Shown in pieces: positions 18,599-26,790 of a stretch of DNA of 48,915 nt. Position numbers and translations under genes: made by a program. The stretch covers positions 1 to 48,915 of the forward strand of contig JAFTOK010000072.1 in assembly GCA_017463815.1 (NCBI GenBank). Direction: 5' to 3'. The notes under the pieces are model-generated. The model saw only the letters and a list, made by a program, of their open reading frames with translations, was not told where the DNA came from and searched no databases. This DNA is from Clostridia bacterium. GTDB lineage: Bacteria > Bacillota > Clostridia > Oscillospirales > CAG-272. Position 1 is the stretch's first letter; each line of letters starts with the position of its first letter.

Positions 18599-19799
18599 TT
18601 TGAGATACCTCTATTCCAAGTTTCTTTATAACGCTGAAAAACGCGGGGTAGCTTTTTCTGCACGCTTCCGCGCCTATAATCTCGCCGCCTGTAAGGCTTG
18701 CGAGCACCGCCATAGACATAACCACGCGGTGGTCGTTATGCCCGAAGAGCGGTTCGCACGGGGCGCGGAAGTATCCGCCCTCTACGATAATGTCGTTTTC
18801 GTTTACCGTAACGGGTACGCCGAATTTCGAAAGCTCCTCTGCCATAACGGCTCCGCGGTCGCTCTCTTTTATCTTAAGGCGCGCCGTACCCGTAAGGCGA
18901 ACGCCGTTTTTCGCCGCCGCCACGCTCATAAGTATGGGCGCGAGGTCGGGGCAATCGGAAATATCTATTACAGGTGTACCCTCTTTGAGCGCGGCAAACT
19001 GCTCTATATAAGCCTTGTCGCCCTGCACGCTGTCCGCGCGCAAGCCCGAAACTTCCACCTCTCCGCCGAAAAGGTTGAATGCGGAAAGGAACGCGGCGTT
19101 GGAGTAGTCGCCCTCCACCGCTCTGTCCGCAGGGGCATATTTCTGCCCGCCGACGATGGAAATGGTGTATGCGTCCTTCCACTCTGCCTTCACGCCGTAT
19201 GCGGCAAGCGCCTCCATAGTTATGTCTATATACGGCTTGCTGTCCAGCGGGGGCACTATGCAGTTTTCGCTGTCGCCCGCAAGCAAGGGGAGCGCGAACA
19301 TAAGCCCGCTTATAAACTGGCTGGAAATGTTGCCCGGAACGGTAAACCTGCCCGCCTTCAGCGGCCCGCAAACGCGGATATGGTCGCCCTCGTGCGAGAA
19401 AGTGAGGTTTTGCTCGCGGCAGATGTTTTCGTACACGCTCATCGGGCGGGAAAGAAGCTTGCCTGCGCCGTAGAGCTTGCATTCTGTGTCCTTAACAAGG
19501 CAAAGCGGTATGAAGAAGCGCATCGTGCTTCCGCTTTCGCGGCACATAAGCGCGCCGCGTGCTGCGCCGTACACGTCGCTTTCGGAAAAGGCAACGTCCG
19601 CGCCCTGTTTTTCGTATTTTGCACCGAAGCACGCAGCCACACAATCGAGCGTAGCGAGGATATCTTCGCTTTCTTCCAGGCCCTGCACGCGGCTTTCGCC
19701 CGCCAAAGCGGCGCATATAAGCAAGCGGTGTGCAAAGCTTTTGGAGGGCGGAGCGGATACGGCGCCGTGTGCTGTGCTTTTTTCTATTTTAACATTCAT
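18588..19799 (-). CDS. aroA: 3-phosphoshikimate 1-carboxyvinyltransferase (EPSP synthase)
   Basis: PPSKSFAHRLL, LKIKESDR and NDHRVVMS motifs. Confidence 0.9.
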   Translation of the reverse strand: MNVKIEKSTAHGAVSAPPSKSFAHRLLICAALAGESRVQGLEESEDILATLDCVAACFGAKYEKQGADVAFSESDVYGAARGALMCRESGSTMRFFIPLCLVKDTECKLYGAGKLLSRPMSVYENICREQNLTFSHEGDHIRVCGPLKAGRFTVPGNISSQFISGLMFALPLLAGDSENCIVPPLDSKPYIDITMEALAAYGVKAEWKDAYTISIVGGQKYAPADRAVEGDYSNAAFLSAFNLFGGEVEVSGLRADSVQGDKAYIEQFAALKEGTPVIDISDCPDLAPILMSVAAAKNGVRLTGTARLKIKESDRGAVMAEELSKFGVPVTVNENDIIVEGGYFRAPCEPLFGHNDHRVVMSMAVLASLTGGEIIGAEACRKSYPAFFSVIKKLGIEVSQSGN

Positions 19800-19800
19800 A

Positions 19801-20241
19801 TCAGATTCTCTTTTCAGGCATATTTAAAAGCAGGTCTATTGCCTCTGTGTATCCCGCGAAGCCGTGGCCCGCAATCGTTGCAAAGCAGTATTCGCGCACG
19901 AAGCTGATGCTTCTGAAGCCCTCGCGTTTGGAAACGTCGGAAATGTGTACCTCAACGGCGGGTATAGCCACCGCCTTGAGCGCGTCGAGCAATGCAACGC
20001 TCGTATGCGTATATGCCGCAGGGTTTATGACGATACCGTCGAAAACGCCGAGCGCCTTCTGTATCTTCGTAACCAGATCTCCCTCGTAGTTGGATTGGTA
20101 AATTTCCGCTTCAACACCCTTTTCCTTGCAATGTGCCTCTATCATTTCGCAAAGGTCGGCGTAGGTGCTTTTGCCGTATATATCGGGCTCGCGTATGCCA
20201 AGCATATTGAGGTTCGGCCCGTTCATAACAAGTATTTTCAT
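19801..20241 (-). CDS. aroQ: Type II 3-dehydroquinate dehydratase
   Basis: MKILVMNGPNLNMLGIREPDIYG and INPAAYTHTSVA motifs. Confidence 0.9.
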   Translation of the reverse strand: MKILVMNGPNLNMLGIREPDIYGKSTYADLCEMIEAHCKEKGVEAEIYQSNYEGDLVTKIQKALGVFDGIVINPAAYTHTSVALLDALKAVAIPAVEVHISDVSKREGFRSISFVREYCFATIAGHGFAGYTEAIDLLLNMPEKRI

Positions 20242-20255
20242 TGTTTTATTCCTTT

Positions 20256-21509
20256 TTATCCCTTAAAATCTGCTATTATCTTCTCCGCGAGCGCCTCTGC
20301 CGTGCCGTCGTTCTTAGTGTGCACGTCGCACGTGCCCGTGTAGATGGGGTATCTTTCCTCATAACGCTTCTTAAGCATTTCCCTGTCGGAGGAAAGCGGG
20401 CGGTCGCTCGTGGGCACAATATCTTCTATATCACGGTCTATAAAGTAAATTTTGCCGTTGCCGCGCAGAGCGAGCACGTTTTCCTGCCTTAGCACAGCGC
20501 CGCCGCCCGTGGAAATAACGTTGCCGACGGTGTCGTGGCAAAGTTCCGCTATAACCGCGCTTTCGGCGTCGCGGAAAGCCGCCTCTCCGTGTTCTCTTAT
20601 ATAATCGGCAGGTGTGCCGTATTTTTTCGTAAATTCTTCGTCCGTGTCGTAGAACGCTCTGCCGAGCTTTTCGGCGATAAGCGCACCTACCGTGCTTTTT
20701 CCGCACCCGGGCATACCCGTAAGCACGATATTCTGCTTCGCAAGGAACAAATCTTTAAAAATCTGCTCTGTAACTTCGTCTGCCACGGGCTCGCCCGTGA
20801 AAAGCTCTGCTGCCGCCGTAGCCTGCGCCACGAGCATATAAAGCCCGTTTACCGCGGGAATACCCATAAGCTGTGCTTCGTTTGCGAGTTTTGTGCGCAA
20901 GGGGTTGTACACTACGTCCACAACGCCTTTAAGGCTCTTAAAACTTGCAAGGCTTACCGCCGAGCCGTCGAAAGGTGTTGTTTCCGTGTGCGGGTACATA
21001 CCGCAGGGGGATGTGTTGATAATGTATTCCGCATCTTTATAGTCGCGCGCCGCATCGTCGTAGGAAATAACGATTTCGTGCGCCTTCTGTTCTACAAATT
21101 TGATACATTTTGCGCCCAAATCCTCGCAAACGGCGTGCGCTGTTCTGCTCGTGCCGCCGTAGCCGAGTATAAGCACGGTTTTGCCGCTCAAATCAAATCC
21201 TGCGCGCAAAATAAGACTGCGCAATCCCACAAAGTCTGTGTTATAGCCGTGGAGTTTGCCGTTTTCGTTAATCGCCACGTTTACAGCGCCTATTTTTTCC
21301 GCCTGCTCGCTTATAGTAGCGAGATAAGGTATAATATCGCGCTTGTAAGGAATGGTGATGTTTATTGCCGTAAAATCGCGTTTTTCCGCAAAATCGGCAA
21401 AATCTTCTTTTTCAACCTCTATAAGTTCATATGTGTATCTGCCGAGTTTTTCGTGTATTTCCTTGGAAAAGCTGTGCGGCAATTTTTCGCCTAAAAGTCC
21501 GTATCTCAT
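20256..21509 (-). CDS. aroE: Bifunctional shikimate dehydrogenase / shikimate kinase (AroE-AroK fusion)
   Basis: N-terminal half is AroE-like (YGLLGEKLPHSFS, NTDFVG, GYGGTSR). C-terminal half has the P-loop GMPGCGKSTVG and the shikimate-kinase DTDEEF motif. Start set to the ATG giving MRYGLLG. Confidence 0.85.
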   Translation of the reverse strand: MRYGLLGEKLPHSFSKEIHEKLGRYTYELIEVEKEDFADFAEKRDFTAINITIPYKRDIIPYLATISEQAEKIGAVNVAINENGKLHGYNTDFVGLRSLILRAGFDLSGKTVLILGYGGTSRTAHAVCEDLGAKCIKFVEQKAHEIVISYDDAARDYKDAEYIINTSPCGMYPHTETTPFDGSAVSLASFKSLKGVVDVVYNPLRTKLANEAQLMGIPAVNGLYMLVAQATAAAELFTGEPVADEVTEQIFKDLFLAKQNIVLTGMPGCGKSTVGALIAEKLGRAFYDTDEEFTKKYGTPADYIREHGEAAFRDAESAVIAELCHDTVGNVISTGGGAVLRQENVLALRGNGKIYFIDRDIEDIVPTSDRPLSSDREMLKKRYEERYPIYTGTCDVHTKNDGTAEALAEKIIADFKG

Positions 21510-21543
21510 TTTAAATATCCTCATTGATATAAATTTTACCAAA

Positions 21544-21659
21544 AATCGCCAAAGCGATTTTCTTCCTTAACCCGCCGCAGGCGGATTTCACCGACGCCCC
21601 GCGTTGATTTCATATTGCGAAGCAATATTTCACATTTTGCGTCACGCAAAATATTTCAC
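21544..21659. repeat. Tandem array of 5 short GC hairpins, each followed by ATTTCA(C/T) (~21 nt period)
   Basis: AATCGC/GCGATT, CCGCC/GGCGG+ATTTCAC, CGACGC/GCGTTG+ATTTCAT, ATTGC/GCAAT+ATTTCAC, TTTTGCG/CGCAAAA+ATTTCAC. Confidence 0.5.
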
Positions 21660-21667
21660 CGTGCAGA

Positions 21668-22759
21668 TTACCCGAGGTAATCTGTACCGTATCTTCCCGC
21701 CAGCATATCGCAAATGGCGATTGCCGCAAGACTGTCCACCACTATTCTCGCGCGGTGGGCAATGCACGGGTCGTGTCTGCCCTCTATTGAAATGTCTTTT
21801 TCTATGTTTTCTACAAAATCTATCGTTTCCTGTTTTTTGTAAATAGACGGTGTGGGTTTTATAACCGTTGTGAAGCACACGGGGTTTCCGTTGGTAATGC
21901 CGCCGTTCACGCCGCCGTTGTTGTTCGTTTTCGTATAGACTTTGCCGTCTGCGCCCATACGGAAAGCGTCGTTTGCCTCGCTCCCGCGCATTTTCACAAA
22001 ATCCGCTCCCGCGCCGAAGAGCACGCCTTTTACACCCGGCACGGAGAACATCATATGGGCTATAACGCTCTCGAACGAGTCAAAATAAGGTTCGCCCACG
22101 CCCGCAGGCATACCTATTATAACCGTTTCGAGCATACCGCCCACGCTGTCGCCCTCTGCCGCCGCTTTCTCTATTTCCGCGCGCATTTTTTCTTCCGCTT
22201 CAGCGGAAAGCACGGGGAAAACCTTTCCGTAGAGGTCGTCTATATCCGCTTTCAGGTCACCGAACGCTCTGTCGGGAACGCCCGCAAGCTCCTTTATGTG
22301 CGTGCCGAGGTAAATTCCCTTCTTCGCAAGCGCCGCGCGCGCAATGGCACCCGCCGCAACGAGCGCGCTTGTGACTCTGCCCGAAAAGTGGCCGCCTCCG
22401 CGGTAGTCTTCAAAGCCGTGGTATTTGCAGTATGCCGCAAAATCCGCGTGACCGGGGCGCGCCAAGCCGTACGTCTTTTTATAATCCTTGCTTCTCGTGT
22501 CTGCGTTGGGTATGATGATTGCTATGGGCGTGCCCGTTGTCTTGCCCTCGAAAACGCCGCTCGCTATGGTGTATTCGTCCTTTTCCTGCCTTGCCGTGGA
22601 AATTCTTCCTGCGGGGCGGCGGAGTGTGAGCGCGTGGCGAATTTCTTCTTCGTCAACCTCTATGCCGGGGGCAATGCCGTCCAGCACTGCACCTATGAAC
22701 GGGCCGTGGCTTTCGCCGAAAACGGTGAGGCACACGCTCGTACCGAATGTGTTTTTCAT
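21668..22759 (-). CDS. aroC: Chorismate synthase
   Basis: FGESHG, RPGHAD and GRHDPC motifs. Confidence 0.95.
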   Translation of the reverse strand: MKNTFGTSVCLTVFGESHGPFIGAVLDGIAPGIEVDEEEIRHALTLRRPAGRISTARQEKDEYTIASGVFEGKTTGTPIAIIIPNADTRSKDYKKTYGLARPGHADFAAYCKYHGFEDYRGGGHFSGRVTSALVAAGAIARAALAKKGIYLGTHIKELAGVPDRAFGDLKADIDDLYGKVFPVLSAEAEEKMRAEIEKAAAEGDSVGGMLETVIIGMPAGVGEPYFDSFESVIAHMMFSVPGVKGVLFGAGADFVKMRGSEANDAFRMGADGKVYTKTNNNGGVNGGITNGNPVCFTTVIKPTPSIYKKQETIDFVENIEKDISIEGRHDPCIAHRARIVVDSLAAIAICDMLAGRYGTDYLG

Positions 22760-22769
22760 ATTTTTCTCC

Positions 22770-23789
22770 TTAGCAGAAGCTCTGCTTCGTTTTTTCTTCT
22801 ATTTCGGGAAGGCTCAGCTTCTTTATTTCAAAGCTGCCGGGAGCGTGCACGAGAACTGCGTCTACGCCGCCCACAGCGCTCTTTTTGTCGTGGGAAACCG
22901 CCGTCATAACCTCGCGGAGCGCCGCACTGTCAAGCACGAGTTCCGTGGGCAAGCCTGCCTTGGCAAGCACGGGGATAAGGCGCGCGCGAACTTCATCCGA
23001 GCACATCGGCAGCATACCGAGCGCGACACATTCGCCGTGGTAGAGCGCCCCCGCCTGCTGTGTTTCTATGCCGTGGCCTACCGTATGGCCGAAATTGAGT
23101 ATTTTGCGCAAGCCCGCTTCCTTTTCGTCGCATTCCACGACGTATTTTTTTATACGGAGCGCTTTTTCTATGACCGTGTCTATGTCTGCGTAAATATCAT
23201 CCGCGTTTTCGAGCATCGCGAACATTTCCGCGTCGCTTGTAAGCGACATCTTTATAGCCTCTGCCATACCCGCCGCAACCTGACGCTTGTCGAGCGTTGC
23301 AAGCACGTTCGGGTCTATTATGACTTTTTTTGGCTGATAGAACGCACCGATTACGTTTTTGTAGCCGTGGAAATCCACCGCCGTTTTGCCGCCGATGGAA
23401 GAATCCACCTGCGAAAGAAGCGTGGTGGGTATGTTGTAGAAATCCACGCCGCGCATATACATCGAAGCGGCAAAGCCCGCAAGGTCGCCCACAACGCCGC
23501 CGCCAACTGCGACAACCGCGTCCTTTCGCGTAAAGCCCGCATCGAGCATTTCGGCGAGGAGCGTTTGCAGGCAATCGAAGTTTTTGCTTTCCTCGCCCTG
23601 CGGTATCACTACCTTAAATGCTTCCTTAGCAAAGGAAGCCACCGTGTCAGCATACTCTGTCGGAACGCCGCTGTCTGTAACGACCATCACTTTTCTGTTT
23701 AAATTTATCAGCTCGCCCACGCGGGAAAGCGCGCCGCGGGAAAGTTCTATATCATAACTCGAAACGCCGAGTTCAACGTGTATCGTCAT
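22770..23789 (-). CDS. aroB: 3-dehydroquinate synthase
   Basis: GGGVVGDLAGFAA and GHTVGHGIE motifs. Start set to the ATG (MTIHVELG), 7 nt after AGAGG. Confidence 0.9.
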   Translation of the reverse strand: MTIHVELGVSSYDIELSRGALSRVGELINLNRKVMVVTDSGVPTEYADTVASFAKEAFKVVIPQGEESKNFDCLQTLLAEMLDAGFTRKDAVVAVGGGVVGDLAGFAASMYMRGVDFYNIPTTLLSQVDSSIGGKTAVDFHGYKNVIGAFYQPKKVIIDPNVLATLDKRQVAAGMAEAIKMSLTSDAEMFAMLENADDIYADIDTVIEKALRIKKYVVECDEKEAGLRKILNFGHTVGHGIETQQAGALYHGECVALGMLPMCSDEVRARLIPVLAKAGLPTELVLDSAALREVMTAVSHDKKSAVGGVDAVLVHAPGSFEIKKLSLPEIEEKTKQSFC

Positions 23790-23865
23790 AATAATACCTC
23801 TCATTCAGGGGATTTTTGTCTATTTTTCGCAAAAGCAGTTGTGCGTTATGCAAAAAACTCCTTCC

Positions 23866-23927
23866 ACCATCTTCGATGGTCCCTCCCTCAAGAGGGAGGC
23901 TCAAATAATTCCCGTTCGCGAAGCGAA
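23866..23927. repeat. Partial copy (hairpins 3-4) of the multi-hairpin repeat family plus TTCGC-GAA-GCGAA hairpin
   Basis: ACCATC-TTC-GATGGT, CCTCCCT-CAAG-AGGGAGG and TTCGC-GAA-GCGAA. Confidence 0.45.
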
Positions 23928-23934
23928 CCCCGAA

Positions 23935-23966
23935 ATTATTCATTATTCACTATTCATTATTCATTA
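23935..23966. repeat. Heptamer tandem repeat (ATTATTC)x4.5
   Basis: attattc attattc actattc attattc atta, read directly from the sequence. Lies between pheA and aroB. Confidence 0.7.
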
Positions 23967-23986
23967 AAACGCGCAAGCGTTTCTAT

Positions 23987-25069
23987 TTATCTCACCGCAT
24001 ACGAGCCCACGAGCTTGAGCTTGTCGCAAACCGTGGCAAGCTCTGCGAGCATTGCGTCGCCGTTTGCGCTTCTGATGTCGCCTTCCGCCTCCATATAGAA
24101 GTAGTATTGCCACATAAGCTCTCTCATAGGTCTGGAGTGAAGCCCGCGCATATTGTAGCCGTATTTACCGATGATGTTTATAGCTTCTGCCAAAGCGCCC
24201 GCTTCGTGCTTAACCGTGAAAACGAGCATAAAGTTGTCGTCGGGCCTGCCCGTGCGCTTGTTTTCCACGCGGGAAAGTGTGGCAAAGCGTGTGGTGTTCA
24301 TATTGCTTTCGTTGATGCCGTGTGCCAGCACCTCAAGGCCATATATTTTAGCGGCTTCGTCGCCCGCGATGGCGGCAACGTTCTTTTTGCCGAGCTCCGC
24401 CACGTGCTTTGCCGCAAGCGCCGTGTTGGAAAAGGAAACGGGGGTTATGCCGTGCTCGCGCAGGTAAACGGCAGATTGTTCCAGCGCCTGAGGGTGGCTT
24501 ATCGCCTCTGTTATGTCTTCAAGCCTGCTTCCCGGCACGCCGAGCAGGTTCTGCGTTACGGCAAGACCCATAACGCCGTTTATATAGAGCGTACCCGAGA
24601 AAATCAGGTCCATAACCTGCCCTACCTCGCCCGCATAGCTATTCTCTATGGGCAGAACCACGCTGTCGCATTCGCCGCGCACGCAAGCGTTATACGCCTG
24701 CTCGAAGTCGCCGTATGCGATATGCTCCGCATCGGGGAAAAGTTTTTCCGCCGCCAGGGAGGCAAACGCGCCCGGTATGCCGCTGTACGCGATTTTCGCG
24801 CCGCTTATAAGCTTGTGCTGGAAATCGCGCGAGAGCTCCATAGTGTATTTTATAAAGTTTACGTAGTAGGCGCGCAGTTCTTCGTCTTCCACAAGTGCGC
24901 TGTTTTTGGCAATGACCGCGTTTTCACGCGCTTCGTCGAGTATGGGAAGCCCGCGCTCTTTTTTATATTCCGCCACAAGGCGCGCGGCGTTCATTCTTTT
25001 GCAAAAAAGCTCCGCTATGCCCTTGTCGGCTTCGTTTATGAGTATTCTCGCCTGTTCAAGTTTATCCAT
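23987..25069 (-). CDS. pheA: Bifunctional chorismate mutase / prephenate dehydratase (P-protein) with C-terminal ACT domain
   Basis: N-terminal CM_2-like helix (RILINEADKGIAELFCKRM...LPILDEARE), PDT domain, C-terminal ACT (ESRP-like LHSRPM). Start set to the ATG with GGAG 6 nt upstream; the track uses a TTG at 25087. Confidence 0.85.
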   Translation of the reverse strand: MDKLEQARILINEADKGIAELFCKRMNAARLVAEYKKERGLPILDEARENAVIAKNSALVEDEELRAYYVNFIKYTMELSRDFQHKLISGAKIAYSGIPGAFASLAAEKLFPDAEHIAYGDFEQAYNACVRGECDSVVLPIENSYAGEVGQVMDLIFSGTLYINGVMGLAVTQNLLGVPGSRLEDITEAISHPQALEQSAVYLREHGITPVSFSNTALAAKHVAELGKKNVAAIAGDEAAKIYGLEVLAHGINESNMNTTRFATLSRVENKRTGRPDDNFMLVFTVKHEAGALAEAINIIGKYGYNMRGLHSRPMRELMWQYYFYMEAEGDIRSANGDAMLAELATVCDKLKLVGSYAVR

Positions 25070-25083
25070 TGTTTTCTCCGTTT

Positions 25084-26274
25084 TCAAATCTTACCGTAGT
25101 CTTTTGCAAGTGCGCGGAACGCGGGAAGTGCGCGTTCTATCTGCTCTGTTGTAACGCAGTAGGAAATTCTCACGTACCCCGTAACACCGAAGCTGTCGCT
25201 TGGCACGAGCAGAAGCTCGTGCTTCTTCGCCGCCTCGCAAAATTCACCCGCATCCTCGCAGAACGCCTTCACAAACATATAGAAAGCGCCGTCGGGGTTT
25301 ACACATTCATAGCCGTACGCCGTAAGCTCGCGGTAGAGCAGCTTTCTGTTCGTATCGTAAATGGAAGTGTCGCTCGTTTTTCCTATGCAAGCGGGCACTA
25401 TTTTCTGCATAAGGCTGGGGGCACACACAAAGCCGAGCGCCCTGCCCGCGCCGCAAACGGCGAAGAAGAGCTCGCGCCAATCCTCACACTTTTTGGAAAC
25501 GCAGATGTAACCTATGCGCTCGCCCGGCAAGGAAAGCGATTTGCTGAACGAATAGCAGGAAATCGTGTTGCCATAGTAATTTGCCGTATACGGCACTTTC
25601 ACGCCGCCGTACACAAGCTCGCGGTACGGCTCGTCCGATATTATATATATAGGATGATTATATTCTTTTTCCTTCGCAGAAAGCAGCGTGGCGAGCGCCT
25701 TTATGCTCTCCTCCGAGAAAACTACGCCCGTGGGGTTGTTGGGGGAGTTTATTATAACCGCTTTCGTGTGCTCATTCACGGCAAGCGCGAGTTTTTCCAC
25801 GTCCACTTGGAAATCCCCCTCGCGGCAAGGCACTTCCACGAGCTTTGCGCCCGCGTTCTCCGCAAAAACGCGGTATTCGGGGAAGTAAGGAGCGAGAACT
25901 ATTACCTCGTCACCCTCGCACACAATCGCGTTAAGCGTCACCGTAAGAGAAGCCGCTGCGCCCACGGTCATATAGATGTTCTCCGCCGTGTCGTCCGTGC
26001 CGTATGTCGCGGCGAGATATGCCGCTATGGCTTTTCTCGTTTCCATATCGCCGGGGGCGGAGGTGTAGCCGTGCAGAAGCACGGGGTTTTCTTCCTCCAC
26101 GAGCTTTTTAATCGTTTCGTTCACAACAGGCGGCGGGCAAACGCTGGGGTTGCCGAGGCTGAAGTCGAAAACGTTTTCTTCGCCTATTTCCGCCTTTCTC
26201 TTTTTGCCGTATTCAAATATTTCGCGTATAGCCGAGCTCTTTTTGCCCAGCGCGAGCATCTTTTCCGAAATCAT
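25084..26274 (-). CDS. Class I/II PLP-dependent (aromatic/aspartate) aminotransferase
   Basis: SFSKSLSLPGERIGY lysine motif, NNPTG motif. First gene of the aromatic operon. RBS AGGAG. Confidence 0.85.
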   Translation of the reverse strand: MISEKMLALGKKSSAIREIFEYGKKRKAEIGEENVFDFSLGNPSVCPPPVVNETIKKLVEEENPVLLHGYTSAPGDMETRKAIAAYLAATYGTDDTAENIYMTVGAAASLTVTLNAIVCEGDEVIVLAPYFPEYRVFAENAGAKLVEVPCREGDFQVDVEKLALAVNEHTKAVIINSPNNPTGVVFSEESIKALATLLSAKEKEYNHPIYIISDEPYRELVYGGVKVPYTANYYGNTISCYSFSKSLSLPGERIGYICVSKKCEDWRELFFAVCGAGRALGFVCAPSLMQKIVPACIGKTSDTSIYDTNRKLLYRELTAYGYECVNPDGAFYMFVKAFCEDAGEFCEAAKKHELLLVPSDSFGVTGYVRISYCVTTEQIERALPAFRALAKDYGKI

Positions 26275-26293
26275 AATTTTCTCCTAAAATCCC

Positions 26294-26338
26294 AACAAAA
26301 AAATAAAAAACGCAGAACACCTTTTCACGGCACTCTGC
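26294..26338 (-). terminator. Attenuator terminator in the aro operon leader
   Basis: Minus strand GCAGAGTGCC-GTGAAAA-GGTGTTCTGC followed by GTTTTTTATTTTTTT. Sits ~20 nt before the RBS of the aminotransferase gene. Confidence 0.65.
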
Positions 26339-26413
26339 AAACAAAAAACAAATACCGCAAAAAAACCACTGGCATTCTGCGGCACAATTTTCAAACAAAA
26401 TCAAAACTATGCG

Positions 26414-26485
26414 TTATACAGCCTGCCCTACGAAAGTTACAGCGTAATAATAAAATCGCATAGCATAATAAAACATTGTGTTCAT
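26414..26485 (-). CDS. Phe/Tyr-rich leader peptide (23 aa) MNTMFYYAMRFYYYAVTFVGQAV
   Basis: ATG preceded by AAAGGA. 8 of 23 codons are Phe or Tyr, in two clusters. Located between the promoter and the terminator of the aro operon leader. Confidence 0.6.
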   Translation of the reverse strand: MNTMFYYAMRFYYYAVTFVGQAV

Positions 26486-26531
26486 AGCTGTTTTTTCCTT
26501 TCGTATGCGGCTTTCATCCGCTTTTTGTTTA

Positions 26532-26560
26532 ATTATACACTCATAAAAATACCGTGTCAA
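26532..26560 (-). promoter_or_regulatory. Sigma-A promoter of the aromatic supraoperon
   Basis: Minus strand TTGACA-17 nt-TATAAT, perfect consensus. Confidence 0.7.
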
Positions 26561-26720
26561 TATTTTTGAGCAAAAAAATATAAATTTTTTGTATTTTTAT
26601 TTAATATTTTACCTTTTCCACCGCTCTGCCGCCCCACTCGGCACCCTGCACCACTTCGCACAAATCACGACAAGCCTTTTTGTGCAAACAAACAATTTTA
26701 GACAAATGTAGAAAATACTA

Positions 26721-26749
26721 TTGACTTTCACAAACGACAAGTGTAGAAT
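26721..26749 (+). promoter_or_regulatory. Sigma-A-like promoter of blaI/blaR1-like operon with overlapping GACAA(A/G)TGTAGAA repeats
   Basis: TTGACT-17 nt-TAGAAT. Direct repeats GACAAATGTAGAA (~26701) and GACAAGTGTAGAA (~26737). TGTA-N10-TACA dyad over the -10 element. Confidence 0.5.
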
Positions 26750-26790
26750 ATAATTACAGAGAAAAACAAAATGCGATAGGAGCGATGATT

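Noticed and set aside
23935-23966. The heptamer repeat as a TRAP binding site.
   Set aside because: The triplets are GAA/UAA with only one UAG. The spacing is 4 nt, not 2-3 nt, and there are only about 5 units. It is kept as a low-interest finding only.
26275-26530. A T-box riboswitch or TRAP-type regulation for the aromatic operon leader.
   Set aside because: I found no T-box consensus (AATTAGGGTGGTACCGCG-like) or specifier-loop architecture, and no run of (G/U)AG triplets at 2-3 nt spacing. The leader peptide plus alternative helices explains the region better. An Rfam scan is still the decisive test.
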